64,000 bases of DNA, from NCBI GenBank assembly GCA_030141605.1, contig JAQGDQ010001016.1:1-64000 (forward strand), given 5' to 3'. Position numbers and translations under genes: made by a program. The notes under the pieces are model-generated. The model saw nothing but the letters and a program-made list of their open reading frames with translations. It searched no databases and was not told the DNA's origin. The stretch's first letter is position 1. Each line of letters begins with the position of its first letter. Below are positions 41,530 to 61,470 of the stretch, in pieces. This stretch comes from Tubiluchus corallicola. Its lineage: Eukaryota; Animalia; Priapulida.

Positions 41530-43790
41530 ATCACCCATCAAGATAGTGATAACACCGACTTCTTCTTACAACTCGCATCAAAAGCTATACGTAATGGTGA
41601 AGTCTCGCTATCTTTTAAGACAAAGGTGTGAGGAAGGTAAATTAATGGCTTTCCTGCAGGAAAATTTCGGTCACACTTTTCTATTATAGCATCCTGTAAC
41701 TGCTGTTGAAAGATTTTGTTGTATGCTTGTAAAAGTGTTGCATTTTGCTTAAGTCTAAATACAACATTTTCTAAGCATGCTCTGCACAAATCAAGATTCG
41801 TGGGGAGCTTGGCTAACTTATCTCAATCACGAACTGGCCAAGAAACTCTGAACCGACCGTTCACAATGTAAGCAGTTCTATTAAAATGGTCTTCTACAAT
41901 CGCCTCTTCTTCTGCCTTTGTTAAATTACTGAAATAATCGATAATTCCTGTATGAGTTTGTATTTTTAGTGGATAGATGGCGCTAGGAGGTGGAGAACGG
42001 TAAACAATAATCAACAGATGGTCGAATACACATGTAAACAATTTTTTTAAAAATACAAGTAATGACTACCGTATTTATAAAATCCATTGCTCTATCATAT
42101 TTGTATTTTACGTTTTAAATAAAAACGAAATTAAAACAATTTCCAGCAAATCTAAATCCCAGAATTTAGAGAGTTCACATGTACAATTTTGTGTATTGTT
42201 TATTGACTTGTTTGTTTTGTAAACTTGCAGTGGGCTTATTGAACGAAATGCCTTCAACTTGCTCCCCCGATGCACATGTATTTGCTACCGAGTGTAAATG
42301 ATAACTATCATTAGTCATGCTTCACATGACTATCACATTAACGTTTGTTTCAAAACTAGCTTGCGATTGCGCTATTAAACTATTGTGTGTTAAAGCTGTG
42401 TAATCACTACTAAAACCTGACCGTTCTCCCCTTTGCCCTTCAAAATTGTTTGCAGTCGCAAATTCATGAAGCGCAAATTCGTTGTCTGCTGTAGAAGCTT
42501 CAGAAACAATTGCGCCAGTAAAGACGTTTTGTAACTTTTGATTTGGCAGCTTGCCAGCAGCTGGCTCAAGTAAATTTTCAGAAACAGCTTGCTGTGAAAT
42601 GGGCAATATAACATCAGTCTGGAAAGTTGTTGTGTTTGCAGTACACCGAGGTGCTATAATTTGGCTACACTTAATATTACTTAGAAACGAGTTTGTTGCT
42701 GACCTGCTTGGACATCACTAAAATCTAATAAATTCTCATACCTACCAATGACATTGTACTCTGCATTGTAACGGCTAGAACATTGATCAACATTGCACGT
42801 ATAATACTCATGTTCCCATGTGCATTGCCGACTGCCAGTATCAGTTTCTGTTTTTTTTAACTCTTTTAGCATACACTTGAATGACATGCTTATAATCGGC
42901 CCATCACTTAAACTGGAATTACTCAATTCTTGAGTGCCGGTAAGTAACCCAAAACTAGATTCAACAAATTCAAGGTCTGATTTCGGCAATCGATAACGAC
43001 GTGGTTTAACTACCTTCCAAAATACATTAGGGGGGGGGGCAAGTAAGATTTGAATAGATAACGGGCCTCGGTCACAAACAAGAGTTGGGTCAGCCAAACA
43101 ACCTTGACCATGCTTAGCTTTGAAATTATAAAACCAACTGCCTGGCTGATCATTCAAAACTTCATTAAGATTCATCATTTCGACTGGTGCTGCTAAGTGT
43201 TGCACCACTCTGCACTGAATAGTTTTGAAACGACGCTTAGCTTTCAGGTACATTGTGATCTTCGCAAGCCCTTGATGAATCTTCACTGGCTGTTTTGCCC
43301 CAAACACAAAAACTTCAGGGTCTTGTAGAGGCTGAATATGCAGATTGAGCTTATGGGCTAGCTCTGTGGTTATATATGAATGATTGCTGCCCCCTGAATC
43401 TAAAAGAACACGTGCTTCAATTTGTGTTTTTGCAAAAACATTAGATTTGACTGACACCATCGCGGTTTGTAAAATATCTGAGTCGCCTAGTGCTGACATC
43501 ACGTGACCCTGTACTTGACTTGTAGCAGGATCGGAACTTCAGCCTTTTAAGACGAAACTACTCCATCTTCTACAGACTCGTGTGACCGAAACAAAAGCCG
43601 GTCACGTGACCATTCTGACTGATTGTGTCAGCACATAGCCTAGCAAAAGATTCACAAAACATCTGTTCATTAAATGTGTTCATAATCAATGATGCACGAA
43701 TGTTCCACATAATTATACTGTTTATCTGACTTTTCACCATTAATTTGGGTGGCAATAAACTGACAGACATATACGCACCAAGTCAATTTA
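41530..43790 (-). mobile_element. BEL/Pao LTR retrotransposon fragment (aspartic protease and start of RT)
   Basis: ARVLLDSGGSNHSYIT (retropepsin), ESSFG, GRFRVSWP, YLPHTFV...PLRIAFDASCK (BEL/Pao RT N-terminal signature); frameshifted and truncated. Confidence 0.8.
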
Positions 43791-44171
43791 CAGGGTCACT
43801 ACCCCTAAGCACTATGCGTGCCACTTATGTGCTGTTCCAATTTTTTCCTGTGCTATTTTTACCTGTGCCATTTTTACCTACTTTTCCATTTGTGCCGTTG
43901 TTTCTTGTGCTAATTTTGGTTTGAAAACAATACTAAAATACTGTTTTTTTTAAATATTTTTACTTACAATCATATAAAGTAGTTATTGTAGTTTGTTAAA
44001 AATGCAATAAGTTTATTTTAACTAAGTCAGTGTTCTCAGTGAAGTATATTACGATGAGTCCAGGCGAATTAGAGGGTAGTTTCAATATAGAGAGACCCAG
44101 AAGATTATAATCCGGCCATATTTATGGTAGATCAAAACGAAATGAAGGCAAAAAAGAATGGTTTGTACTTA

Positions 44172-44478
44172 TTACACACAACAAAAAAATAGGCAAACCA
44201 CGTGAGTAGAATTAGGAAAAACAGAGAAATTGAGAAGTTTTATGGCAGAAATAAGCGATAACAAAAGTCTACATAAGAATAAAAACAATTTATGATTGGC
44301 ATGATTTTCAGCAAGAACAGGTTGATTATTTGCAGGATTGTTAGGATCACAGAATTGAGCTAATGTCATTTTATCTTCATCGTGGCTGTGAGACGGAACG
44401 TGACAGTCAAATATCGACTCCATCGAAGAATCTTCTTTCAGCCATTTCAAACTGCAGTTGCAAAAAAGCGATTTCGTG
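44172..44478 (-). pseudogene. Orphan terminal exon of an LRR-family paralog (LRRCT + hydrophobic tail)
   Basis: LFCNCSLKWLKE...IFDCHVP...MTLAQFC matches the terminal-exon pattern VCNCSMQW...IDCAVP...ISVDEFC. The expected acceptor reads CAC instead of CAG. Confidence 0.6.
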
Positions 44479-46259
44479 AAAAAAGTTAAAAATTGAAAAA
44501 CTCCAATGTGCGTTTGTGCAAAACAAAGATAATTCAGTTGCTTATTTAACGAAAAATCCAACAATTCAGAAAAACGATTATTAGCTAAAAATATTGTATC
44601 TTACATAAGTATACTTATGAACTGGGGCTTTTAATAGCTGCATTCTTTACGGGCACAAGACACAAACTAAAATAAATTACACTAAGTTTAAAACTGTTGG
44701 AACTACGATCATTTTATTGTCATAAGTATTTACAATTTTTTCTGGACGATAATTCGACGACCGTCTGGCTGGCATTTTGCTTTACAACAACTAAGTTTAA
44801 ATTTTTACAAAACTTTATATTCTGCACATAATCTGCATGTAACAATTTAGTTCTCTTTGTAACGATTGGCTGGATAATTCTTTTTATAATTATAAGCACT
44901 CGTTTTCAGGAATCAGTTAGAATTCGCAGAAAGTGAATTCATTCTCCATATTTTCAACATTAAATTTTGTTTGCGTCTTGCGGCCAAAGAGCGAGTGTTT
45001 GTAAGAAAAATGTGTTGCGTCATCAAGGTAGGCGGGGCTAAACGCAGCTTAAGATCTGCGTGTTCCTCCTACGGCTTCGAGTCAAATTCAAGTTTCTCTC
45101 GATATTTTTCTCATCTCTTTTCTGATTGTCAATTACATGCCCCATATACTTACTTTAGTAATGCGTCACCTGTGTTCAAGTCACCTGTTGGTAAATTGCT
45201 CATTGGTTAAACAGAAAGTACTTTAGATTTTTGCCATTGAAGTCATTGTCTTTTGCAGACTGATTATAAATAAACTTTTAGGTAAAATTCTTCTAACCAA
45301 TACAATTACAAATTTACAAACAGGAGAGTACAAACACAAGGTGCATGCTTGCTTAGTTTATTACATCCTAACAATGTCTAGTGAGATTTTTATTGCAGTT
45401 ACTCTTTGATACAGTGAAATCTGTTTAGTTGTTTGCTTTGTGACATGCAAAATATGTGCAATGTAGTTTCAGCATGAGTAGAACAGACAACATTTGAACT
45501 TGGAGGAAAAATGGAAGACAACGAACAACATTGTGAAGGTGACATTGTTGCAAGAATGAAGACGCGGCTTATAAAAATGCAATAAAAACTTAACATATAT
45601 AAAGACCAACTTCTTGTGTAAGTAGAAGTGAGTACCGAAGCGAGAGGCAGCTGTTTGATATTGTAGACATTACAAATCTGTATTTGTAATCCGTTGCTAT
45701 TGTTTCCTGGACTTAGTAAGTACGCAGATCTTTACTATAGTAATTTGACGTAATACGGATGAAAGTTTTTGAACGTAACGTGTAACTGTGTAATACAGTC
45801 ATGTTAACTCAACTCTTCAAGTGCTTCAAGCTGATGTATTCATAAGGAAATTTACACGCAGTTTAAAAATTTGCAAAGTTTTCCCTAAAGAAAAAAAATG
45901 TTAGCGTATTTCGTCAATCTTGTCAATTTCAATTTGCAATGCTATTGGAGGTTGTTCCACATTTCATTTGCATCGTGGGTCGAAACTTTGTGTATATGCA
46001 GCAAGTACGCTCTTTATATTTTGTAATATTCGTTTTAACATTAATGCTTCACAACGGAACACAACGAACTTTTTTTAATTTGGTTAATCTCTTGCTGCAC
46101 ATCAATTGCAGATTTTTCACAAAATAAATTAATTCTTATTAGCTGTCGTTTAAAAATATCAACACTGTAAATTTCTTTTTGTTGTTTGTGTAGTTAGTCG
46201 TAATAATTCCAACCCTTTCATTTCTAATTTGTTTTTGTTTGTTGACAAACAGATGTAAA

Positions 46260-53359
<7,100 letters not shown>

Positions 53360-54023
53360 TTTTATGCTTGTGTAGAAGATATTGATTTAGTGTGAATAAG
53401 ATTCCTATAAAACCTGCTTTTGAAGGTTTGTTTGCTAGAAACTTCTTGTTTTCGTATTTTTGCCTCGGAGTAGGCCTAATATGCAAATCATGTTAGTAGA
53501 TGTTAGTGGTTGAAAACTTATGTTATCACAAGATCGTCAGTTGATTGTATTAGGGTATCGACGGATGATGATCGTTACGATGTTAGCGTATATTAGAAAG
53601 TACTGTGTGCAGTACATTATGTAGCTTATAGTTCTTTCTAGGGCATTTGAGGTAAAGAGTAGTAGCTTAGAGATGCTAAAGTGATATTTTATGTTAATTA
53701 TATAATTTGCCATGCAATAACATAATTATTTGTCATTTACACTATCAATTGCTCATTATGTTAACTCGTTACATAAACCCTACTGGTTACCTTCAGTAGT
53801 GTATTTAAGACAAATTAGGGCTGTAGTATGCTAATTTCTCATCATGTGTAATCTGATATGTGCATAAGTCAAACTGACACTTGTACTGCTATTAATCTAT
53901 TTTTACTAATAAATTAGACTGCTGTTCTATTTGAATTATAATATATTTGAAATTTTATTTGAAGAACGTTTTGCATTACATGAATTATATTAAACTCGAA
54001 GCTGTTTACTAACTATAAAGACT

Positions 54024-54061
54024 TGAGAGAGAGAAACGGAGAGAGACAGAGAGACAGAGAG

Positions 54062-54146
<85 letters not shown>
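54024..54146. repeat. (GA)n microsatellite
   Basis: Direct inspection. Confidence 0.95.
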
Positions 54147-54149
<3 letters not shown>

Positions 54150-55975
54150 GCGTCTGAAATATTACAAAACACCACGAATTATTTTAAGAAAGCATTCTTT
54201 AATACAGGAATGTTAAATTGGGAACAAGAAGAGAATCAATTCAATTTTGAAAGTGAATGTGTACCTTCTTCATCTTACATCTCACGTAAAATCAAAAAGA
54301 AATGAAGGGAGTGTTGCTAAAAACGAATTTTAGAACTGAGTAGGACATTACATTTTAGAAAAAAGCTGAGTTCAGCAATATATATTTATTTTCCTGCCGA
54401 TCAACAATCGATCACTGCTCGTTTGAAACTGCCATCAAGTTATGAGTACCTCTACTAAAATAGTAGCCTGCTCTACAAAGAGGAATATTAGGAGGGGAGA
54501 TTGTCGGTTAAGTGATAGTATTATATGGGCAGATGTACCTATAATTCTATGCAATCGCATTACGAACATTTCGCAAAAAAGGCTGTTACTGAAGAAAGAG
54601 GTGATGGGTTCGCGAAGTTTATTTTATTTTATTTCTCTTTATTTTAAATCAAAGATGCAGAATTAGGTATGAAGTTTCTACTGAAGGCGAAAATCGGGGA
54701 TGGGGAAAGCGGGGCAGGTCGAGGTACGCATCTGCTCCGTGTTTGTGAACAATGTTAAGCAATGCTGCATTGGTTAAGAAATGGACTGGAGATTGCCATA
54801 AAAAATTGCTTCTGTGTATCTGCTGCACTGGTCATAGCTACTTATTTTGCAGAGGAAGGTAGAGTAAACGTGGCTACACTAGACCACCTAGCTGTGGCAG
54901 CCCGCAAAATCAGAATTCGTTCCCTGGAAACTTAAAGTCCAACTACCAATATTCTGTAAGACAGCTCCTTTAAGGACCTCTTCTTTTTTTTAAAAAAAGA
55001 CAAATAAACAAAAGTAGTTTGTTAGTGTCCAATAAAACCTTCAGTCTGGATACGCTATGTGCATATTGAATCATCAGTTGCTCTTATTAGTATATAATAG
55101 GCCTATTGTATATCAAAGATAGTCTATAATTTCTGATGATGGTCAAACATTTATATCTTTCGTAGTTTTTGTGAGATTTACTGCAGCCATTGCTTGTTCT
55201 GTAGTGAATGTGGACATTATTTTTCAAGTAAAGTGTTAAATAAAAAAAGATTAAAGCAATAAACCCTCGTGCGCCTGGTGAAATATTGTAAATAGTTAAG
55301 GTCACGTTCAACGAAAAATAGTTTCTCCACGACATTTTGGTGACTGTGGTACAGTATTTTCACGGTTTTACGCAGGTGTTTTTTTAACACAAACGTTTTA
55401 CTTGTGCAGTGGTACAGCACATAACGTACAATTTGCACCTTGTTGTCATATGTTTATGGTGACTACGTATAGTTGATATAGTCGATTATAAATTCCTCCA
55501 TTCTTGATTCTAGACAAGTTGTCTCGTCTTATAGCAACATGCTTGATAACAACACTGTTACTTGACAATTAAAAATATTATTAACTTGAAAACCGAATCG
55601 TGGCGGTTTGTCTGTTAGTGTACTAAATTGTGCAAAAATACGTTTTAATATAAAATGGAGGGTTGAGTTTCCTTTAGGGGAAATGCTGGCATGTAAATCA
55701 CAAGACGTTCGAACTTCAGGAAGCCAGGTCATAAAAGAGCGTACATCTGCAAGAAACGTTTGCAGAAAATCGAGGTTTGGGTACGGGTGGATAGGCAGTT
55801 AAGTAGGTAGGTTATAGAGTCATAGATATTTGGAAGGCGAATAGGTGAAAGTGAGTAGGTAGTGTCTGTGCAGATGGATGGATGGGTTTGGGTGTATGGA
55901 TGGATGGATATGTTGGTAATAATATTAGAATTTTAATAATTCTATGAAAATGGGCAAAATTTAAATATGCCGTTC

Positions 55976-56431
55976 TGTGGCGGCTCCTAGCTAAACTTAG
56001 TGGGGGGGGGGTGCTGCTTCAGAAAATGTTTAGCCATTGTTTTAATACTGTGTAAAAACGAAACAAACATGTAATTTTAATGTAGTAATTTGTAATTGTA
56101 ATTTTAATCAAACAAACTTAAGAAACTTTATACATATACTTGAAAAAACCCTAAACAAAAAACATTTTTTGCTTGCTAATAGCTTAAATACTCATAGTTC
56201 AAGATTGGCACATTCACGGTGAGCACGTGGCAACTGACAAGCAGCTGTGTGAGCGACAGTACTTTCTCTACCTGCGCCCAGACATGTGTGCATGACCGCA
56301 TGTGCTCAACAGCCAAACACCGAAATAACAACTAAAGAAAAGAATACTTATTATATTGAATATTGTAGAAAATATTGAGGTGGAAATAGGTGGTGCAGCA
56401 GTTCCACAATACCTATACACGAGCAGCCACA
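55976..56431. mobile_element. MITE-like element
   Basis: Imperfect TIR TGTGGCGGCTC...GAGCAGCCACA with a subterminal G-run. Confidence 0.4.
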
Positions 56432-58534
56432 AATGCCAGTGAATTAAATTCTAGGTTATTAAGTTGTCCAACTTATCTAAATGCTTGTTGACAATATGGT
56501 GGTCGTTTTATAAAACAATTCTTACAACGCTGTCATTCTTTCTCTGTAAGTAAGACTATTATTTTAATAAATGATTTCAATGTATTTTGTTACTCACTCA
56601 TTCACTGTTCTTAGGTGAGTAACAAAACCGCAAACTTTTACATTATTGAAGCTGTAAAGCTTCGTAGAATAAGTTTCACTCTTATTGGCACAAAGGAAAA
56701 TTGCTCCATATAGAATTACTTTAAAAATGGTCATTCCAAATTGTTGTTGTGGTTATCATTTAGAAAACTCAGAGTGTTTCATCCCTGACTGCCCTAATTA
56801 TTATCATCCAGCCAGAGATGCTATATTCAGACAATTAAATAACATATTGTCACCTTTCAATATCAATTATTTTACAATACACTAAGAGTTAACTGTTATC
56901 ATTGTATCTTCTTTGGAGGTAATGATTTTAATGCTGATGTTAACTGTAAAATGTTTGATTGCATTCAGAATTATATTATGAGTACTAAACAGTTTAATAA
57001 CTGATAACTGATTGTATGATAACTGTGTAACTCATGCTTATCAATATGTGCTTTTGGATGTACCACGTGACCTTCTGGATGACTGAGCAAAACTCGACCA
57101 CACTTGTCTTGAATATTTTTTATTCCTAATATACTTACGTAGGTAGAGGGAAACGTATTGCAAAATTTTTAAATAAAAAATACCCAAAATTCTTACAAAT
57201 AATTGGAAGCTATATTTTAACACGTGTAGTGGGATTATTTTACCGAATGTTAATAAAACTGATAATCAGGCCCTGCCAATATGGATGGCAAATTTAGTGT
57301 TTAGTCAAATAAAAGTGTGTGCATTAATGTAAACAGCAGACAAAAATTAAATGCAGTAATGCAAAAATAACGCTTACCCAACGTTTCACCTTCAGATTGT
57401 ATTTTTTGCTTTTTTCAGCTTTCAGCTTTTTTACGTTTGTGTTTGCGATCATTACAAAGTGCTGCCATTAGTGACACTGCCATAATATGGGCAGTATTTA
57501 AATGTGTACCATGGTTTGCCGAATGAGTTGACCCTATGGTTGTTCACTGCTGTTTCTCCATTGAGCTACTATATAACACTACAGTTAACAGTACACTGTA
57601 ACTGTATTTCCTTCTACACTACAAAATATTTTTCAATTTAATGTTTTAAAAATATCTGAACGTTTCTGTTTACTGTTAAACTTGCAGGAGATAAATAAAT
57701 ATATTACATTAAAAGTGATTGGCCCTGAACGTATTAATGACATTCTTGTGCTTAGTTTGCTTCAAATACTGCTGATTTTAGTTTAAGCATGTTTTGGGTC
57801 AATATTGTTACCCATAGCCATCTCGTCTATAACTGTAGTCACTACTCAAGCCTCGCTATTAGACAGGACAGTGTTAATGAAAGAGCATGTCAAACCTCTC
57901 TAGACAGACTATTTAACAACCAGGCCGAATATCAAACATCAACAAACTCTAATTAGTCATAAACACTAATTGTATTAATTTCCAGAACATCAGACAAATA
58001 CAAGCAGACGGACACAGAAATCTTTTTCCTACTTGCTAAAGCATATCTATGGACAATGCCCACGCTAATGTGGACAATGCCCACGCTAATGTACAGTGAT
58101 AGTTGCCCCGGCTACGATAAAGTATTGTTCAGTGTTCATGTATAGATAGCTAGTATCAGTTGAATTACTTAACCTCGTCACATTTTTCACTGAGGAATAC
58201 TTACTGTCAGCATTGTATGAAATAAACGTGAAATCAACATTTGTTTTAATTTAGCTGGCAATTAACGACATGATTAATTAATTACATTATGACTGTGAAT
58301 GCCGGAATGTTTATGAACCACTGCAGTTTATTTTACCAATTTTAAAATATTCTTTAAATATTTACAAAACAGAGCAATTGTTTATAAACATGCTGACAAT
58401 AATTTTGATAATGCTAGTTAATTTGAGAAAAGTGTTGATACCATGAGTATGCCCCTATTGTCATGGGTACAGCTGGTGCTGTTGAATTGTGAGCTACAGG
58501 CAGGAGATGTTGGATCTGCTCTGTCTTGCTGAAC

Positions 58535-58882
58535 TAATAGCTTAGCCGGCAGAACACGGGAGTAATCTTCTCAGGTTCGAATCCTGACTATAATTTTTCA
58601 AGGTCGCCTTTCTTTTTCAACTCATTAACCCATTTGGCAATAACTGCTAAAGATGAACTACACCGGGAGTAATAATCTCAGGTTCGAATCCCAACTATAA
58701 TTTTTCAAGGTCGCCTTTCTTTCTCCAACTCATTAACCCATTTGGCAATAACTGCTAAAGACGAACCACACCGGGAGTAATAATCTCAGGTTCGAATCCC
58801 AACTATAATTTTTCAAGGTCGCCTTTCTTTCTCCAACTCATTAACCCATTTGGCACTAACAGCTAAAGATGAACCACACCGG
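58535..58882 (+). repeat. tRNA-derived head followed by a ~107-108-bp tandem repeat (3 units), each with a B-box
   Basis: A-box-like TAGCTTAGCCGG near 58538; GGTTCGAATCC at 58574, 58681, 58789; shared unit body ...TTTTCAAGGTCGCCTTTC...AACCCATTTGGC. Confidence 0.75.
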
Positions 58883-59129
58883 TTTATAAGCATTTTGGCA
58901 ATCACTGTTATTATGCAAGACTCGTGTTCATCTCACAGCTTCCACTCAGGTGTGTCGAGCTTTCATTTTGCCATTTCTTTCAGCCTGGGTATCTCTTGCT
59001 ACTTTCAGTGAAGTGTGGTATCTGTGCATTGTGTAAGTGCTTACGACAAAATACAATCATTTTCTTGCATTTGCATTTTGTGATATAATCGCTTCACTGA
59101 CTTATTCCATTCGTCTTTAATACCATCTG

Positions 59130-60335
59130 CTTTGCTCTGTCCTGAGAGGTCTCTAAAAGTGGTCTTGAACAACAAATCCGACAGAACAAGGCTCCTCATT
59201 TATGCAAACAATTCTGCTGTGAGTTTGAGAACTTTGTTGAGAGTCTCCTTGCAGACCTGCATAGTGAATTTAAATGGTCAGCAGAGCTGAAGTTCAGAGA
59301 TATGTCATTTAAGCAGTATTAAATTTATTCCATTCCCGCATTTTCTAATGACCTATTTTGAAGTCCTATATTTAGCAGAAATATTATTGCAACGTTGGGC
59401 TGATCTGTATCAAATGACTAATTTATTGCAAAATACTTACTATGATAATACATTTGAGCCTACAAAAATGCGGAGGACGCGTACATGCTACACACATTTT
59501 CGGATAACATTTAACCTTTTGTTTTCAGATATTATACACTCTGAAAAATTCTGTCATCTGTAGAACTAAGTTCAGCCATGCATCTTTTAGCAGAAATTTC
59601 GAAAATGAGTGATAGTTGACTGCCAGTAATGAAAAAACTGTGTGTGTAACACCGACCTTATTGTGAATTTTGCAAATACATTTGATCAGCCCAACATTCC
59701 AATAATATTTCTCCTAAATATAGAACTTCAAAATGGGTCATTAGAAAATGCCAGAATGGAATAAATTGAATACTGCTTAAATGACATATCTCCAAACAGT
59801 CTTTCAGCTCTGCTGACATTTAAATTCAAGATGCAGGTCTGCAAAGACACTCTCAACAATGTTCTCAAACTCACAGCAGAATTGTTTGCATAAATGAGGA
59901 GCCTTGTTCTGTCGGATTCCTTGTTCAAGACCACTTTTAGAGACCTCTTTAGATGACAGAGCACGAATCCATACATTGACAAGCTCCACTTTTGATTCAG
60001 AGTCCACTTTTACGAGTTCAATAGATGTCAAATATTCTACACAACTTGCTTCTCGCTCACGAAAAAGTAACTTACAAGTATGGCCAATACTTTTTTGTGG
60101 TTATTGCTGGTACTTTCATTTATATTCATAGAGAAATGACAGGACTTTATATTCTGAAGAGTTTGAAAAGTTTTGCTAAGTCCATGAGTCATATTATATG
60201 ATGCTGTAGTACAGTCCATGCACAAGCTATCCGGAGATTTCTTGTCTCTAGCCAGCTCTTTGGACAAGTTGACCAAAACAGGTGACATTATGGAAGGCAG
60301 GTTATTTTCAGCCAGAACACCAAGCACCATTGCCT
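59130..60335 (-). mobile_element. Degenerate DNA transposase (hAT-like) fragment with a partial inverted duplicate
   Basis: HFSMNINESTSNNHKKVLAILVSYF resembles the hAT first catalytic-Asp motif (FS...DESTD...L.I.V.Y). 59130-59406 is an inverted copy of 59683-59965. Confidence 0.55.
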
Positions 60336-61095
60336 ACAAAGATCAAAGTTCCATTACAGTCTTTTACAGACAATGTTTAATACTATAGCTACATGTGGAC
60401 AATATGATACAAACACTGTAATACTGTAACATTGTTAATTACAGAGATGTCACCAGTTTGTTAATTCCAGAGATGTCACCAGTTTTTTATTTATTTAAAG
60501 TGCAAAAAAGATGGAATTTATTTAATGAGTAATTCAATCGTCAGGTTTTCATCGCAGCACTGGTTCTAAAATGGTGAACGCTATTCCATCACATACAGTA
60601 ACTTAAAACTGCGGCCACTAAGAATGAAATATCCAGTTAATTTACCTTAAGTCCAACAAAACCGTAAAAATGATCTTTCATCACTCTTTATATAGTACAG
60701 TTAAAAGTTAAAAGCACACAAAAGGTTGAAAACTAATGTAATGTGCACCACCATCACCTATCATTGTAAAATATAATGCAAATATTTTTAACATAATTTT
60801 TCTTGTATTCACTTAAAAATATCTGAATAACGTTTATTTCATCAAGTGAATTTAAGCAACTGACCACACGGTCACTAACTGGAATCAGAGGTTTCAATGT
60901 GCCCCTTGCCTTTTGGGAAAGGCTTGATGCCGCTTGGAACACGGGATACGGTGGTAACACAGGTCTCCTATTATCTATACAAATGCATTTTTAGAATTGA
61001 CATTGAATTCATACATGTGATCACTCTTAGGCCTACATGCACATCTGGTACACTGCATGGATTTAGCTTATGCATTTTACATTACTGATTACATA

Positions 61096-61470
61096 CAGCC
61101 CCCCCCCCAATTTTTTAGAAAATGTCAAAAATTTGAAGGGTGTCAGCGGCTCGTAATGAGAGCAATAAGGTGTAAAATTGAGACAAAATGGGAATTCGTT
61201 TGAATTTCTTCAAATAGATGGCGCTGACACAAATTTCACGCACGCGCCGTAGTTTCGCCACACCGCCACGTTTGAAATGCATTTGCGACAAATTATAAGT
61301 TTCCGTTGCTGTAGGCTTAAGTTAAATGCCAGTTGGGAATAAATAAATCGTTTTTCTTGCACGCAAAATACTGTGTGGGAATTCAAAATTATACGTTTTT
61401 TAAACAGTTAAGTTCGGACATTATATACAGTCGGGCCCCCCTAATTTTTTTTTGGTGCAAGACGCCCCTG
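61096..61470. mobile_element. Non-autonomous hAT-type element with 8-bp TSD
   Basis: CAG...CGCCCCTG ends flanked by an exact ATTACATA duplication (61088-61095, 61471-61478). Confidence 0.7.

Noticed and set aside
58535-58600. Functional tRNA gene
   Set aside because: A/B-box spacing and stems do not give a complete cloverleaf, and it is embedded in a tandem repeat.
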